A stretch of DNA of 63,068 nucleotides, the filler included. It is 5 parts of 5 records of this genome, joined end to end, with 100 filler letters (N's around TTAATTAATTAA, not from the genome) between each part and the next. Parts side by side here need not be neighbours in the genome. Positions count along the whole stretch, not along the records: positions 1 to 19,212 come from SRR31156797_1827; 4 more parts are not named here. One strand, given 5' to 3'. The notes under the pieces are model-generated. The model saw nothing but the letters and a program-made list of their open reading frames with translations. It was not told where the DNA came from and searched no databases. Position numbers and translations under genes: made by a program. Below, piece after piece: positions 1 to 10,476 of this stretch (positions are counted from its first letter, which is position 1; each line of letters starts with the position of its first letter).

Positions 1-13
1 TACTTGTATTCAT
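1..13 (-). CDS. 5' end of an unknown gene (MNTS...), runs off the window
   Basis: ATG at 13-11 preceded by AAAGGAG at 26-20 on the minus strand. Confidence 0.5.
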
Positions 14-99
14 AACATACTCCTTTGCTTATATAATTAATTAATTTTAACATACAAATGATTAATTAATAGCCACACTGTAAAAGGAGTATAAAAATT

Positions 100-1251
100 T
101 TAGTAATAAATAGTGATTAATTGAGTCAAAATGTTAAGATTGTTTATTTTTATATCAAGTTCTCGTATCTGTTTAGTATTACTTAAAATCTCCACATCTT
201 CGTAAGCTTTGTACCCTGCTTTGTATTCTTGGTTTACAGTTAGTAACAATTCATCATAAAGTTTGATATCTTTTAATGCAATATTATTAGATTTTTTATA
301 TTTTTTTATATTTTCTATATATTTTTTATAATCAGAACTAGCATTTATCTTCTCTTGCTCTTTTTCCCTTTGTGCTAAAAGGTATTCTAATTGATATTTT
401 TGGGTATCATTTATAGAAGAGAAACTAATAGGAACAGATAATCTAAGTCCATAGTTATAATTTTCAATACCATCAGTTTGTGTATAATCATAGTTGTAGC
501 TTGTACTAACAGAAAGTGATGGAAGATACTCAGCTTTTCTTATTTTGTAAGCATATTTTGAAACCTCTTCATTATAAGTTGCTAGTTTTACATTTTTTGA
601 ATCTTTTAAATACTCATCGAGGTTTTTCATTTTCAAGTTAGGAATGGATATTTTTCTATAATCTAAGTTAGTATATTGTTTTAATGTCGATAGATATTCT
701 TCTTTTGTTCTTTCAATTTCTATTAAATCTTCTTCTAAAGAATTTTTCTCCATAATAGTGTCATTTAGTTCTGTGACATCTGTTTGACCTGTTCTATATT
801 CATCTTTTATTATTTCTAAACTAATAGTTTTATTTTTAATTGAAAGTTTTTGTTTTTCTATATTTAAATCTGTTAGTTTTAAATTGATAACTGTCGAATA
901 GATAGTATTCATATATTCATCAAAAGTGATTTTAAGATCCAATAAATCATATTGTTCTTGAACTTTAGCTGCATTAATAGTATTTAAAATTGCACCAAAT
1001 TTAAAAATATCTTGCTCATAAGTTATAGAAAAATCTTTTGATGTATTTGATTCGTCATCTTTTGAAATTGTAGTACTTAGATTTATATCAGAAAGCCAAT
1101 CTTTTTCGTTAACTTTTTTCTCTTCATTTATTATATTTTCTTTTGTTTCAAAAATTTTCTTTTGTGTAGGCGTTAATAAATCTATCTCTTTTGAATAAAC
1201 AGAAGTAAATAAAAGAGTACTTCCAAGTATAAAAAAAGCTTTTTTATTCAT
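100..1251 (-). CDS. TolC-family outer membrane efflux protein
   Basis: Signal peptide, YLPSLSVS motif, helical repeats; third gene of an RND-MFP-OMF operon. Confidence 0.8.
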   Translation of the reverse strand: MNKKAFFILGSTLLFTSVYSKEIDLLTPTQKKIFETKENIINEEKKVNEKDWLSDINLSTTISKDDESNTSKDFSITYEQDIFKFGAILNTINAAKVQEQYDLLDLKITFDEYMNTIYSTVINLKLTDLNIEKQKLSIKNKTISLEIIKDEYRTGQTDVTELNDTIMEKNSLEEDLIEIERTKEEYLSTLKQYTNLDYRKISIPNLKMKNLDEYLKDSKNVKLATYNEEVSKYAYKIRKAEYLPSLSVSTSYNYDYTQTDGIENYNYGLRLSVPISFSSINDTQKYQLEYLLAQREKEQEKINASSDYKKYIENIKKYKKSNNIALKDIKLYDELLLTVNQEYKAGYKAYEDVEILSNTKQIRELDIKINNLNILTQLITIYY

Positions 1252-1948
1252 CTTTAAACTCCAGTTTCACAGTCTTTCCAAAATCTTTTGAATCCATATA
1301 AATCTCAACTTTATATGATGAAATATATGTTTCATCTGTAGTTATGTCAAGTTTATTTATTGATAAGTCACTTTTTTTATCATTTAAATAAATAAGCTTA
1401 TTTTTAATATTTTTAAAATCTGAAGAGTTTACAAAAACTTCAACTTTTGATTTAGAGATATCATATACAGAAGCTACTTCAGTTCCCTCAGAAACATAAT
1501 CGTATTTATTTACTGCAAATTGTTTTAAATAAAGATTTTTAATACTAATTGTTTTGTTTTTAATTGTATCTTTTAGTTCAGCAATCGATATCTCAAGCGA
1601 TGCAATATTTGATTTTAAGTCTATAATTTCGATTAATTTATCATCTTTATCAACTTTACTTTTACCTCTAATAGTTATAAACTTATCATAATTACTTTGT
1701 AAAATATCTAATTGTTTATTATAAAGTTTTAATTGTTTTTTGTATAATTTTAATGTATCCTCTTCAAGTTCTTTATCTATTTTTATTATTGTTTTAGATA
1801 AAAGTTTATTTTCATCATTTTTGTCTAAAGATATTATTTCTCCTGAAGTTTTAGCATATAGTGTATACTCATTTATAGGCTTTATTACTCCCATATAACT
1901 TTTTGCATAAACAAAAAGTGGTAATAATGTTAATAATAAATATTTCAT
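1244..1948 (-). CDS. Periplasmic adaptor (MFP/HlyD-like) of the RND system
   Basis: Signal peptide, AKTSGEI lipoyl half-motif, coiled-coil hairpin; lies between the RND and TolC genes. Confidence 0.75.
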   Translation of the reverse strand: MKYLLLTLLPLFVYAKSYMGVIKPINEYTLYAKTSGEIISLDKNDENKLLSKTIIKIDKELEEDTLKLYKKQLKLYNKQLDILQSNYDKFITIRGKSKVDKDDKLIEIIDLKSNIASLEISIAELKDTIKNKTISIKNLYLKQFAVNKYDYVSEGTEVASVYDISKSKVEVFVNSSDFKNIKNKLIYLNDKKSDLSINKLDITTDETYISSYKVEIYMDSKDFGKTVKLEFKDE

Positions 1949-1957
1949 ATAAATCCT

Positions 1958-4900
1958 TTAATCTTTAATTTTAAATAGTACTGCATAAAGTGCAGGAAGG
2001 TAAATTAGGTTTAATATAGTTCCCCATAATAAACCAAACCCCAAAGAAACTGCTAATGGTTGTAAAATAACACCCTGCCCTGATGGATAAAAAATCAATG
2101 TTGACAATCCTAAAAGTGTAGTAATAGAGGTTATTAAAATAGGTCTAATTCTTAATTTTGCCCTATTATAAAACTCCTCTTTTGTTTTTGTATTTTTTAT
2201 AAAATCCAACATAATAATTCCATCATTAATCACAACTCCAGCTAATCCCAACATACCAATAAGTGAAGGCATCATAATATTTAAGCCCATAACCATATGC
2301 CCTAATAAAGCCCCAACAATTGTAAAAGGAATAACTGAAATAATAATAAATGAGATTCTAAATGATGGAAAGTTTATTAATAAAACTATAAAAATCAAAA
2401 ATATTGATATAGCACTTGCAATACTTAGTTCATCTTTCAATTGTTCATTTTGTTCAAACTCTCCACCAAGGATAATTTCAACACCATTTTTTTCCAACTC
2501 ATTTATAACTGGCTTCATTTTTGTTAAAGCTTCTGAAGCTGTAATTTTTTCTAAATCAACATTTCCATATATTGTTTTAATTACCTTTCCATCTTCTTTT
2601 TCAAGAGTTTCAAAATCTTTTGTTATAGTAAAGTCTACAACTTGATTAAGTTCTACAAATCTTCCATCAGATAAAGGAAGTTGGAAAGTTTTAAAAGACT
2701 CTAAAGAGTCTTTCGTTAAAAGTTGAGTCTTTACATCAACCAAACCATCAACACTTACAGCTTTAGTTTGGTCTCTTTCCATAAAGTAACTATTTAAAGC
2801 AGTCGCAATATAACTTTCTGTAAGACCTAAATACTCACCATAAGTATTTATTTTATATCTATATTCAAGTTTTCCTAACTCTGCATTATCAGATATATCA
2901 ACAACTCCATCTATTTTAGAAAGTCCCTCTTTGATTTTTGCAATAGAATCTAATATCTCATTTGTATCTTTTGATGCAACTTTAAACTCTAAGTCTGTTT
3001 TTACAATACCAATTCTTGTTGTTGTTAATGTTTTATCTTCAACTTTATATTCTTCTAGTAAAGGCTCAATTAAATCTTGTACCTCTTTTTGTATCTCATA
3101 ACTTTTTTTGACTCTTATTTTATCTTTTTGTTCAAAGTCAAATGAAAAAGTAAATATTGGTTGCAAGTAGTTTTGAATCCAGTTGTCTTCTTTAAACTCT
3201 TCTAACATCAATCTTAAAGTAAAAGCATTTTCTATAGCTTCACTATCTCCTGTTAGAGTTGAATAAGTACCTACCCTATTTTGTAAGATTTTTAATGATA
3301 ATTCTTTTTTCTTATCAAGCAAAGTTTTTTCAAATGCTTTTGCAATCTCTGATGAATCCTCTAAAGATTTTGATTCATCTAATTTTATTGATAAAGTTAT
3401 TGTATCACTATCCATATGAGGAAAAAATTGAAATCTCATATTTGAAATCATAAATATTGTAGATAAAGGAACTATTATCACAAAAGTTGTTAAAAATATT
3501 TTTTTGTTGTGAATTAACTTATGTAAAACCTTTTCATAAAAATTATAGATTGGGGTCCAGTTTAACATCTTCTCTTTGGGTTTTAACAAATGTTTTGCAT
3601 GTAATGGTAGAAAAAGAAAAGACTCAATTAATGATGCAATAATTAAAATAACAATAACAATAGGAATAATACTAATAAAAGTTCCTAATCTTCCTGATAA
3701 ATAAAGCATTGGTAAAAAAGCAAAAACAGTTGTAAATGATGCTACTAAAACAGGAGGCAACATCTCTTTTGCACCTTTAAATACAGCCTCACTAATACTT
3801 TTACCTTCATCTAAATATCTTTGTATATTTTCACTCACAACAATTGCATCATCAACAATTATCCCTACAGTAATTAGTACTGCTAAAAGTGAAATCATTG
3901 ATAAACTATATCCTGCATAATAAAAAGTAATAACACCTATAATAAATGAGAAAGGTATACCTAAAACAACAACAATAGAAATTCTAGGACTTATAAGTAT
4001 TAACATTGATAATCCAACTAAAACTAAACCAAATGATATATTTGAAATTACAGTATTTAATCTTGCTTCAATTGGTTTTGCATCATCATGTATAACTTCA
4101 ATATTTATATCTTTATGATTTTGTTTAAACTCTTCTAAGTAATTTTGTACTTTTTTTGATAGTTCAATAACATTTGCTTGTTCATCTTTATATGCTCTTA
4201 AAGTAATAGAACTCTTTCCATTAACTCTTGCGATAGTATCCTCTTTTGGATAGTGAATCTCAATTGTTGCCAAATCAGATAAATATAGTTTCTTATCATC
4301 TACTTCAATTAAAGAGTTTTTCCAAAACTCATCTACAAGTTTTTTATCTGTTGTATTTACATAAACATAATTACCCTTTTGCTCAATTGAAGCTACAGGG
4401 TAGATATAAGAGAGATTTTGAATAGTAGATATTAAAGTACTACTATTTATTCCATAGGCATTTAATTTATCTTCATCAAGATAAATATCAACTTGAAGAT
4501 CTGAATCTCCACTAATTTGAATCTCATTGATATGTTCAAATTTAAAAATCTCATTTTTTAATTCTTTTGATACATCAAGAAGTTTTTTCTCATCATCACC
4601 TGTGAGAGCTAGTGTCAATAAGGACATAGTTCTTTTTACAGTAGTTGCTGTTGGCTCATCCATATCACTTGGAAGGGAGCTCCTAACTACACTGATTGCA
4701 TCTTTAACATCATTTATTAGCTCATTTGGATTATATGAATCTTCTAAATATAAAATAATATTAAAAGAACCAGAACGAATTATTGATTTTATCTCTTGTA
4801 TACCAACTACACCTTCAAGTTCATTTTCTATTTCAGTAACAGCAAATGAGTTTAAACTAGCAGCATTTGCACCAGTATAGTTACCAGAAACCATTATTTG

Positions 4901-5032
4901 GTTTTCTGCAACTATAGGAAAAACTTCTTTTGGTATTTTAATATATGAACTAATACCCAAAAAAAGAAGGAAAAATAAAATTGTGTAATTTAGTCTTGAA
5001 TTGTTTAAAAAGAACGAAATAAGTCTTTGCAT
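1958..5032 (-). CDS. RND (AcrB/AcrD/AcrF family) transporter permease
   Basis: 1024 aa; GIIVDDAIVVSENI, GVVINDGI and RIRPILITSITT motifs. Confidence 0.95.
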   Translation of the reverse strand: MQRLISFFLNNSRLNYTILFFLLFLGISSYIKIPKEVFPIVAENQIMVSGNYTGANAASLNSFAVTEIENELEGVVGIQEIKSIIRSGSFNIILYLEDSYNPNELINDVKDAISVVRSSLPSDMDEPTATTVKRTMSLLTLALTGDDEKKLLDVSKELKNEIFKFEHINEIQISGDSDLQVDIYLDEDKLNAYGINSSTLISTIQNLSYIYPVASIEQKGNYVYVNTTDKKLVDEFWKNSLIEVDDKKLYLSDLATIEIHYPKEDTIARVNGKSSITLRAYKDEQANVIELSKKVQNYLEEFKQNHKDINIEVIHDDAKPIEARLNTVISNISFGLVLVGLSMLILISPRISIVVVLGIPFSFIIGVITFYYAGYSLSMISLLAVLITVGIIVDDAIVVSENIQRYLDEGKSISEAVFKGAKEMLPPVLVASFTTVFAFLPMLYLSGRLGTFISIIPIVIVILIIASLIESFLFLPLHAKHLLKPKEKMLNWTPIYNFYEKVLHKLIHNKKIFLTTFVIIVPLSTIFMISNMRFQFFPHMDSDTITLSIKLDESKSLEDSSEIAKAFEKTLLDKKKELSLKILQNRVGTYSTLTGDSEAIENAFTLRLMLEEFKEDNWIQNYLQPIFTFSFDFEQKDKIRVKKSYEIQKEVQDLIEPLLEEYKVEDKTLTTTRIGIVKTDLEFKVASKDTNEILDSIAKIKEGLSKIDGVVDISDNAELGKLEYRYKINTYGEYLGLTESYIATALNSYFMERDQTKAVSVDGLVDVKTQLLTKDSLESFKTFQLPLSDGRFVELNQVVDFTITKDFETLEKEDGKVIKTIYGNVDLEKITASEALTKMKPVINELEKNGVEIILGGEFEQNEQLKDELSIASAISIFLIFIVLLINFPSFRISFIIISVIPFTIVGALLGHMVMGLNIMMPSLIGMLGLAGVVINDGIIMLDFIKNTKTKEEFYNRAKLRIRPILITSITTLLGLSTLIFYPSGQGVILQPLAVSLGFGLLWGTILNLIYLPALYAVLFKIKD

Positions 5033-5133
5033 AAATAAGTCTTTGATAATAATTTTTAATATTGAAATTATACTATATAATTATTAACAAAAAATTATTC
5101 TATGATTAAATATACCTTAAATAGGTCATTATA

Positions 5134-5168
5134 TAAGGAGATAACTATATTTAATAGTTATTTCCTTA
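5134..5168 (-). terminator. Stem-loop after the EF-hand gene
   Basis: 15-bp inverted repeat TAAGGAGATAACTAT / ATAGTTATTTCCTTA with one mismatch. Confidence 0.55.
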
Positions 5169-5175
5169 CTATTTA

Positions 5176-6027
5176 TTAAGCATAAGCAAACACTGAAGAA
5201 TTCTTATCTGACAGATTATTTACATAAGAATTTAACTCTACAGTATCATTTTGATTGTTTGACATTTTCATAATATTGCTAAAATTATTTAAATCCAAAT
5301 CCTCTTCACTATCACTAGAATTTGCTTTTAAAACATCCATTAGCATCTTAATACTATCTTGTGAAGTAGTTTCTTCAGAAGTTTCACTAGTAGTAGAATC
5401 AGTGTCAATGCCCATACCTGCAAGTCTCTCCTCTAATGAAACTACACCATCTTCATTAGTATCAAGTTCATCATATTCTTCATCTTCTTCTGATGTAGCT
5501 GCAATTGGTGCTCCACCACCTGCTGGAGGTGCTGAACCTTCTGTTTCTTCTGTACTAACTTCATTTAAGGCTGTACTGAGTTCTTCTGTAGAGATAGTCT
5601 CATCTCCATCAGTATCTAATGCAGAAAACTCTTCATCAGACAACATTGAAACTTCATCACTAGTTAGTAGAGAATCTCCATCTGTATCATAGCCTGACAT
5701 TAATTGAGATGCAAAATCATCAGTTTGTGAAGTTTGTGTTGGAACACTTAAACCTAAATCTGAAAGTAAAGATGCAAATTCTTCAGGATTTGGCATTTCA
5801 TCAAAACTTGATAGTTGAGTATCAATTGCACTTGCAATTTCACTTTTTGTTAATGAACCATCTGTATTTAAGTCTAAAGAATTAAAAAGTTCATCATCAA
5901 TTTCTAATTCATCAATGGTTAAAACATCGTTGGAGTCTGAGTCTGTTTGAGTAACAATATCTGTTGATATGTTGTTCGAGATTGAAGTCATCATACCAAC
6001 AGTACTATTTGAAGTTATAGTATTCAT
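5176..6027 (-). CDS. Highly acidic EF-hand calcium-binding protein
   Basis: Five EF-hand-like loops (DSDSNDVLTIDE, DLNTDGSLTKSE, DTDGDSLLTSDE, DTDGDETISTEE, DTNEDGVVSLEE); RBS AGGAG; no Sec signal. Confidence 0.85.
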   Translation of the reverse strand: MNTITSNSTVGMMTSISNNISTDIVTQTDSDSNDVLTIDELEIDDELFNSLDLNTDGSLTKSEIASAIDTQLSSFDEMPNPEEFASLLSDLGLSVPTQTSQTDDFASQLMSGYDTDGDSLLTSDEVSMLSDEEFSALDTDGDETISTEELSTALNEVSTEETEGSAPPAGGGAPIAATSEEDEEYDELDTNEDGVVSLEERLAGMGIDTDSTTSETSEETTSQDSIKMLMDVLKANSSDSEEDLDLNNFSNIMKMSNNQNDTVELNSYVNNLSDKNSSVFAYA

Positions 6028-6045
6028 AAGTCTCTCCTTTATGAA

Positions 6046-6078
6046 AGTATATAACTTCTAAGTAAATAGTTGGTAACA
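6046..6078 (-). promoter_or_regulatory. Promoter with tandem (11-bp period) regulator box upstream of the EF-hand gene
   Basis: TGTTAC-CAACT-ATTTACTT-AGAAGTTA-TATACT; same geometry as 13483-13515 and 15495-15527. Confidence 0.7.
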
Positions 6079-6086
6079 TCAACTTA

Positions 6087-7430
6087 TTATTCGTCTGAAT
6101 CTGAATCCATAATAAGTTTTAGAGAATTAAAAGCATTTTCCATTTCAGAAATGATTACAGTATATTGAGCAAATCTTTGAGTTAACTCTTCATATTTTGT
6201 ATCAATTCTTTCTGTTTCACTTTCAAGATTTTCATTTAAGCTTTCTAATTGGCTGTCAAGTCTATCTTCATATGCTGTTAATGCACCATCTAAACTATCT
6301 AAATCATCTACATATGCTGTTAATGCTGTACCTAATCCTTCTTTCTCTGCGTATCCTACAAATAGTTCTTTTAAGTCATCAAAATTATTTGTAACAGCTT
6401 CGGATAACTCTGCTGTATCTATTTCTATTTCACCATCAGAATTAAATGTAAATCCATATTTAAATATATTTTCTTCATCTTCCAAACCATAATCACCAAA
6501 AAATACATTTTTGATTTCATTCATGATTGATCTTAACGAACTTCCATCTGAAATTGTTGCTGCATTTCCATCATCATCTGCAGTAACATATCCATCAACT
6601 AATGTATTTAACTCATTATAAACATTTGCAAGATTTGCAATAGCTTCAAGAACAGCACTATCATCTTTTTCAATTGAAATAGATGAATCACCCTCTTCTA
6701 CTGCAGTTATAATTAATCCATTATCTAGTGTAACTTTATTTGAAGACATATCATAATCAATACCATCAATTGTTGCTAACATATTTTGTGCTGTAACAAC
6801 ATGATTATCTGCATTATCATAACCTAAAGATAAATCACCAGTTTCTTCAATTGTTAATGCATTTGCAGTACCACTTTCAGCACTTTTTATTACCATTCTA
6901 TATGAAGAATCCCCAACTTGCTCTAATGATACATCTAATGCAGATATATAGTTCATTTCTGTAACTAACTCTTCATAAGTTTTATCTGTAGTATCAAACT
7001 CGTGAGTTGTTCCACCAATGGTAACAGAAAGTGTTCCCGCATCCATTGTAGCTTCTGTATCAGTGATTGTATCAGATTGAAAGACATCTTTTCTTGCTAA
7101 TTGATCTACTGTAACTGCTATAGTTCCAGGGTTAATATTTGCAGTATCTGTAGCATTGAAACTAGCAGAAGTACCAGATGTAGTTGCAGACACTTCATCA
7201 AAAACATTAGTACCGTTAGTATATAAATCAAATACATCAACTGCAGCTAGTAGTTCATCAAGCTTACTTGCAATCTCATCTGTAGCTTCAATCTCTAATT
7301 CTTTTTCTTCTATATCTTCATCTATAGGATCAATATAAGATGTTTGTTCTGCTTCTTTTAACTTATCAATTAAGTCCTGACTTAAGTCAACACTACCTGA
7401 ACTTCCAAGTCCTAATATACCATCAGCCAT
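6087..7430 (-). CDS. fliD: Flagellar filament cap protein FliD (acidic)
   Basis: N-terminal LGLGSSG...LIDKLKEAE, VDQLARKD, and a C-terminal coiled coil ending RFAQY typical of FliD. Confidence 0.9.
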   Translation of the reverse strand: MADGILGLGSSGSVDLSQDLIDKLKEAEQTSYIDPIDEDIEEKELEIEATDEIASKLDELLAAVDVFDLYTNGTNVFDEVSATTSGTSASFNATDTANINPGTIAVTVDQLARKDVFQSDTITDTEATMDAGTLSVTIGGTTHEFDTTDKTYEELVTEMNYISALDVSLEQVGDSSYRMVIKSAESGTANALTIEETGDLSLGYDNADNHVVTAQNMLATIDGIDYDMSSNKVTLDNGLIITAVEEGDSSISIEKDDSAVLEAIANLANVYNELNTLVDGYVTADDDGNAATISDGSSLRSIMNEIKNVFFGDYGLEDEENIFKYGFTFNSDGEIEIDTAELSEAVTNNFDDLKELFVGYAEKEGLGTALTAYVDDLDSLDGALTAYEDRLDSQLESLNENLESETERIDTKYEELTQRFAQYTVIISEMENAFNSLKLIMDSDSDE

Positions 7431-7440
7431 CTTTTATCCT

Positions 7441-9042
7441 TTACATATTTAATAAAGTATCTAACATCTCATCAACAGTTGTTATTACTTTTGCATTAGC
7501 TTCATAAGCAGCTTGAAACTCTAAAAGATTAATCATCTCTTCATCTGTATCAACTTTTGTCATATTGTCATAAACAGTTTGTAAAGAGTTTAAAACTGCA
7601 TCTTGTGTATCTTGCATAAACGAATTATCTTCTACATCTGATGAAACTCTAACTAATAAATCACTATAAAAATCACTTAATGAAGTAACTTCTGTAGTAT
7701 CAGTATCAACATTAATATTCTCATCCCACTGCACTTCAGAAATTGTTTCTAATTCACTTGCAGTCAAATCTGAAATACTTCCTTTATTATAAGTTAGATT
7801 ATTTACATTTGACCCTGTAAATAGTGTTTGACTAGTACCCTGGTATGATTCTACTAATGCATTTGCAAAATCATCCAATGCTTTTTTATAAGATAGTAGT
7901 TCAGATGTGTCAGAAGTTAAGTTCTCAGAAAGAGATTTTAATGAACCTCCTGAAAGATCTAAATCATTATTATAAATTGCAACATGAACATTATCAGATG
8001 CCTCTACTGAAGTAGCACTTTTAGTTATAGAATTTCCTGCAACAGAAATATCTATATCAAAAGCATTATCTTCTCCACCTTCAGATGATCTAATAATCAA
8101 ATTATTAGATGAATCTAAATTTGCCTCTATTCCATTAAAAGCTGAGCTTCCATTAATTGCATCAACAATTTGTTGCTTTAATTCATTTTCAGGAAGACCA
8201 CTTACATTTGCACTTAAAGTTATTGTTGTAGTGTTATTTAAAGTTATTGTGATTTCATCACCATCTACAACACTTGCATCATCCAATGCTGTTGTATTAT
8301 AAATATCTCTTTGTTGTATATACTCTTCATTTATACTAACATCATATACATTTGTATTATTAAAAATAGCTGTTTGACCAGCAATCTTTAATGTATAGTT
8401 ATCATTATTATTTGTAACATCAACATCTGCATAATCTGAAAGTTTTGCTTCTAATGCATCTCTTTTATCAAGTAAATCATTAGTTTCACCACTCTGCTGT
8501 ATTTTTTCATTGATTGCAGAGATTTGACCTAAAATTGAATTTACTTCATCAACTTGATCCTCTAACAATGATTTAGCATCTTCTTGTATCTCTTCTAAAC
8601 CTGAATAAAGAGATTTTAAACTTTGAACTAATGTTTCTGTTTGGGTTTCAGCTTCACTTGCATAAGTTTTTGATGTAGGGTCACCTCTAAGGCTTTCTAT
8701 TGAAGAAAAAAACTTACTTAAGTTTTGAGAAAAACCTGTATCTTCAGTTTCGCTAAAAATAATTTCCGCATTACTCAAAATACTGTTTTGTTGTTCAGTA
8801 TAGTTTGATAAGCTGTTTTGATTAAGTATCTTTCCATATAAATATGAATCAGTATTTCTAGTAACACCATCATACGAAACACCATTACCAATCTCACTTT
8901 CAAGACTACTTAGTTCGCTTGTTTGAACAACTCTTTTTTTATACCCTTCAGTATTTTCATTAGCGATATTATTTGATGTAACATCAATTGAATATCTAGA
9001 AGTCTTAAGGCCTGTTTGAGCTGTGTACAATGAATCCATCAT
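7441..9042 (-). CDS. flgK: Flagellar hook-associated protein FlgK
   Basis: SNNIANENTEGYKKR at the N-terminus, NDLLDKRD, and VDTDEEMINLLEFQAAYEANAKVI at the C-terminus. Confidence 0.95.
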   Translation of the reverse strand: MMDSLYTAQTGLKTSRYSIDVTSNNIANENTEGYKKRVVQTSELSSLESEIGNGVSYDGVTRNTDSYLYGKILNQNSLSNYTEQQNSILSNAEIIFSETEDTGFSQNLSKFFSSIESLRGDPTSKTYASEAETQTETLVQSLKSLYSGLEEIQEDAKSLLEDQVDEVNSILGQISAINEKIQQSGETNDLLDKRDALEAKLSDYADVDVTNNNDNYTLKIAGQTAIFNNTNVYDVSINEEYIQQRDIYNTTALDDASVVDGDEITITLNNTTTITLSANVSGLPENELKQQIVDAINGSSAFNGIEANLDSSNNLIIRSSEGGEDNAFDIDISVAGNSITKSATSVEASDNVHVAIYNNDLDLSGGSLKSLSENLTSDTSELLSYKKALDDFANALVESYQGTSQTLFTGSNVNNLTYNKGSISDLTASELETISEVQWDENINVDTDTTEVTSLSDFYSDLLVRVSSDVEDNSFMQDTQDAVLNSLQTVYDNMTKVDTDEEMINLLEFQAAYEANAKVITTVDEMLDTLLNM

Positions 9043-9101
9043 AATGAATCCTTTTTAATTTATTTTACTTAGAGTATAAAATAATCTACTCATAAATGTT
9101 C

Positions 9102-10463
9102 CTATTGTATATAGTTAACTAATGACATACTATATACTCTATTTATACTAGTATATAAAGCTTCATATGTATTCTCTAAGGCTTTTGCCTGAACTGCAAG
9201 TTCAGTTAAATCTGCACTTGCATATTTTTCTTCTAATATTGATAAATTTGTAAGTTTAGAAGATATGACATCATCGTATGTTGCAATTGTGCTTGTTCTG
9301 TTACCAACAAGAGCATGTGCAACATTTTGCGTATCATAAGCATCTTTTACTTCATCAAGTGTATCTGAAATAACAGATCTTGCATCTTCACTCGAAATTG
9401 TATTACCATCTAAATCTTCTAGTTTTAGAGCAGCAATAACTCTATCCAAACTATCAAATAAAGATTCTTTTACTTCTAAGTCTACTGTAGAAGTATTTGA
9501 TGCACTAAAAGTTCCATCTCCATTGTCTGTTACAGAAATAGGAGTTGTTGAAGTATCACCATTTAGGTATAAACTGTCAAAAGTTCCATCACTATCAGAG
9601 TCAGTAAGTTGCCAAATATTTCCATTTTCATCCATGATTATATTATTATCATTAAATGTAAAACTATCTCCATCTCCTGATCTATTTAAAACTAAATCAG
9701 AAACATTATTAGTTGTAGTGATTGTCCCATCACCATTATCGGTTACAGGAATAGGAGTAGTTAAAATATCACCATTCATATATAAACCATCAAATACACT
9801 ATCTGAGTCAGTATCAACAAGTTGCCAAGTATTACCATCTTCATCTACGATTGATTCAGTAGCATCAAAAGTAAAAGAGTCACCTTGCTCATACTTTTGA
9901 CCACTACTTACTTCAGCCGTAGTTTGATAGAAAATATCAATCCCATTAGCTCCTTGTTGTGCATATGTATTTTCTTCAACGTTTACTCTTTTTACTGAGT
10001 TGTCACTTTGATAACTAATTGATCCATCTGCATTTTGTGCAAAAGGTTGAACATCAGTATTTATACCTGAAAAAATATATTGTCCATCTACATCAGTATT
10101 TGCTGAAGAAAGAAGCAAATCTTTATATGATTCAATTTGTTCAGCTATAATCAGTCTATCTTCATCATTAGATGTATCTGTATTAGCTTTTATAAGTTCT
10201 GATATAATAGCTTCTGTTGTGCTTTTTATACTTGCTATTGTATCATCACTTGTTGTGTTATAAGCATCACTTAAAGTAATATTTTCTTCTATAGACTCGT
10301 AAGTATTAATATCATTTTTAATATTAAGTATATAGCTATAAGTGATTGAATCGTCACTACCATATTCTAATGCTTCACCACTACTTAATGCTGTATTAAC
10401 TTTTGCATTTTTCTCATTTAACTGAGAAATATTAAACATGATTGAATCAATTGACTTAATCAT
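9102..10463 (-). CDS. flgL: Flagellar hook-filament junction protein FlgL (flagellin family)
   Basis: LSSG...SDD, ANTDVDGQYIFSG, flagellin-like C-terminus ending SLVNYI; adjacent to flgK. Confidence 0.85.
   Translation of the reverse strand: MIKSIDSIMFNISQLNEKNAKVNTALSSGEALEYGSDDSITYSYILNIKNDINTYESIEENITLSDAYNTTSDDTIASIKSTTEAIISELIKANTDTSNDEDRLIIAEQIESYKDLLLSSANTDVDGQYIFSGINTDVQPFAQNADGSISYQSDNSVKRVNVEENTYAQQGANGIDIFYQTTAEVSSGQKYEQGDSFTFDATESIVDEDGNTWQLVDTDSDSVFDGLYMNGDILTTPIPVTDNGDGTITTTNNVSDLVLNRSGDGDSFTFNDNNIIMDENGNIWQLTDSDSDGTFDSLYLNGDTSTTPISVTDNGDGTFSASNTSTVDLEVKESLFDSLDRVIAALKLEDLDGNTISSEDARSVISDTLDEVKDAYDTQNVAHALVGNRTSTIATYDDVISSKLTNLSILEEKYASADLTELAVQAKALENTYEALYTSINRVYSMSLVNYIQ
9480..9884 (-). 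repeat. Internal tandem duplication (213-nt / 71-aa period) in flgL
   Basis: Two copies of GDSFTF...DExGNxWQLxDxDSDxxFDxLYxNGD...TTPIxVTDNGDGT starting at 9884 and 9671. Confidence 0.85.
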
Positions 10464-10476
10464 AAGAGACTCCTAA

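Noticed and set aside
5067-5099. Fourth copy of the TGTTAC box upstream of the RND gene
   Set aside because: A TATAAT is present and TAAT half-sites fall in register, but the diagnostic C positions are absent, so it cannot be distinguished from AT-rich background.
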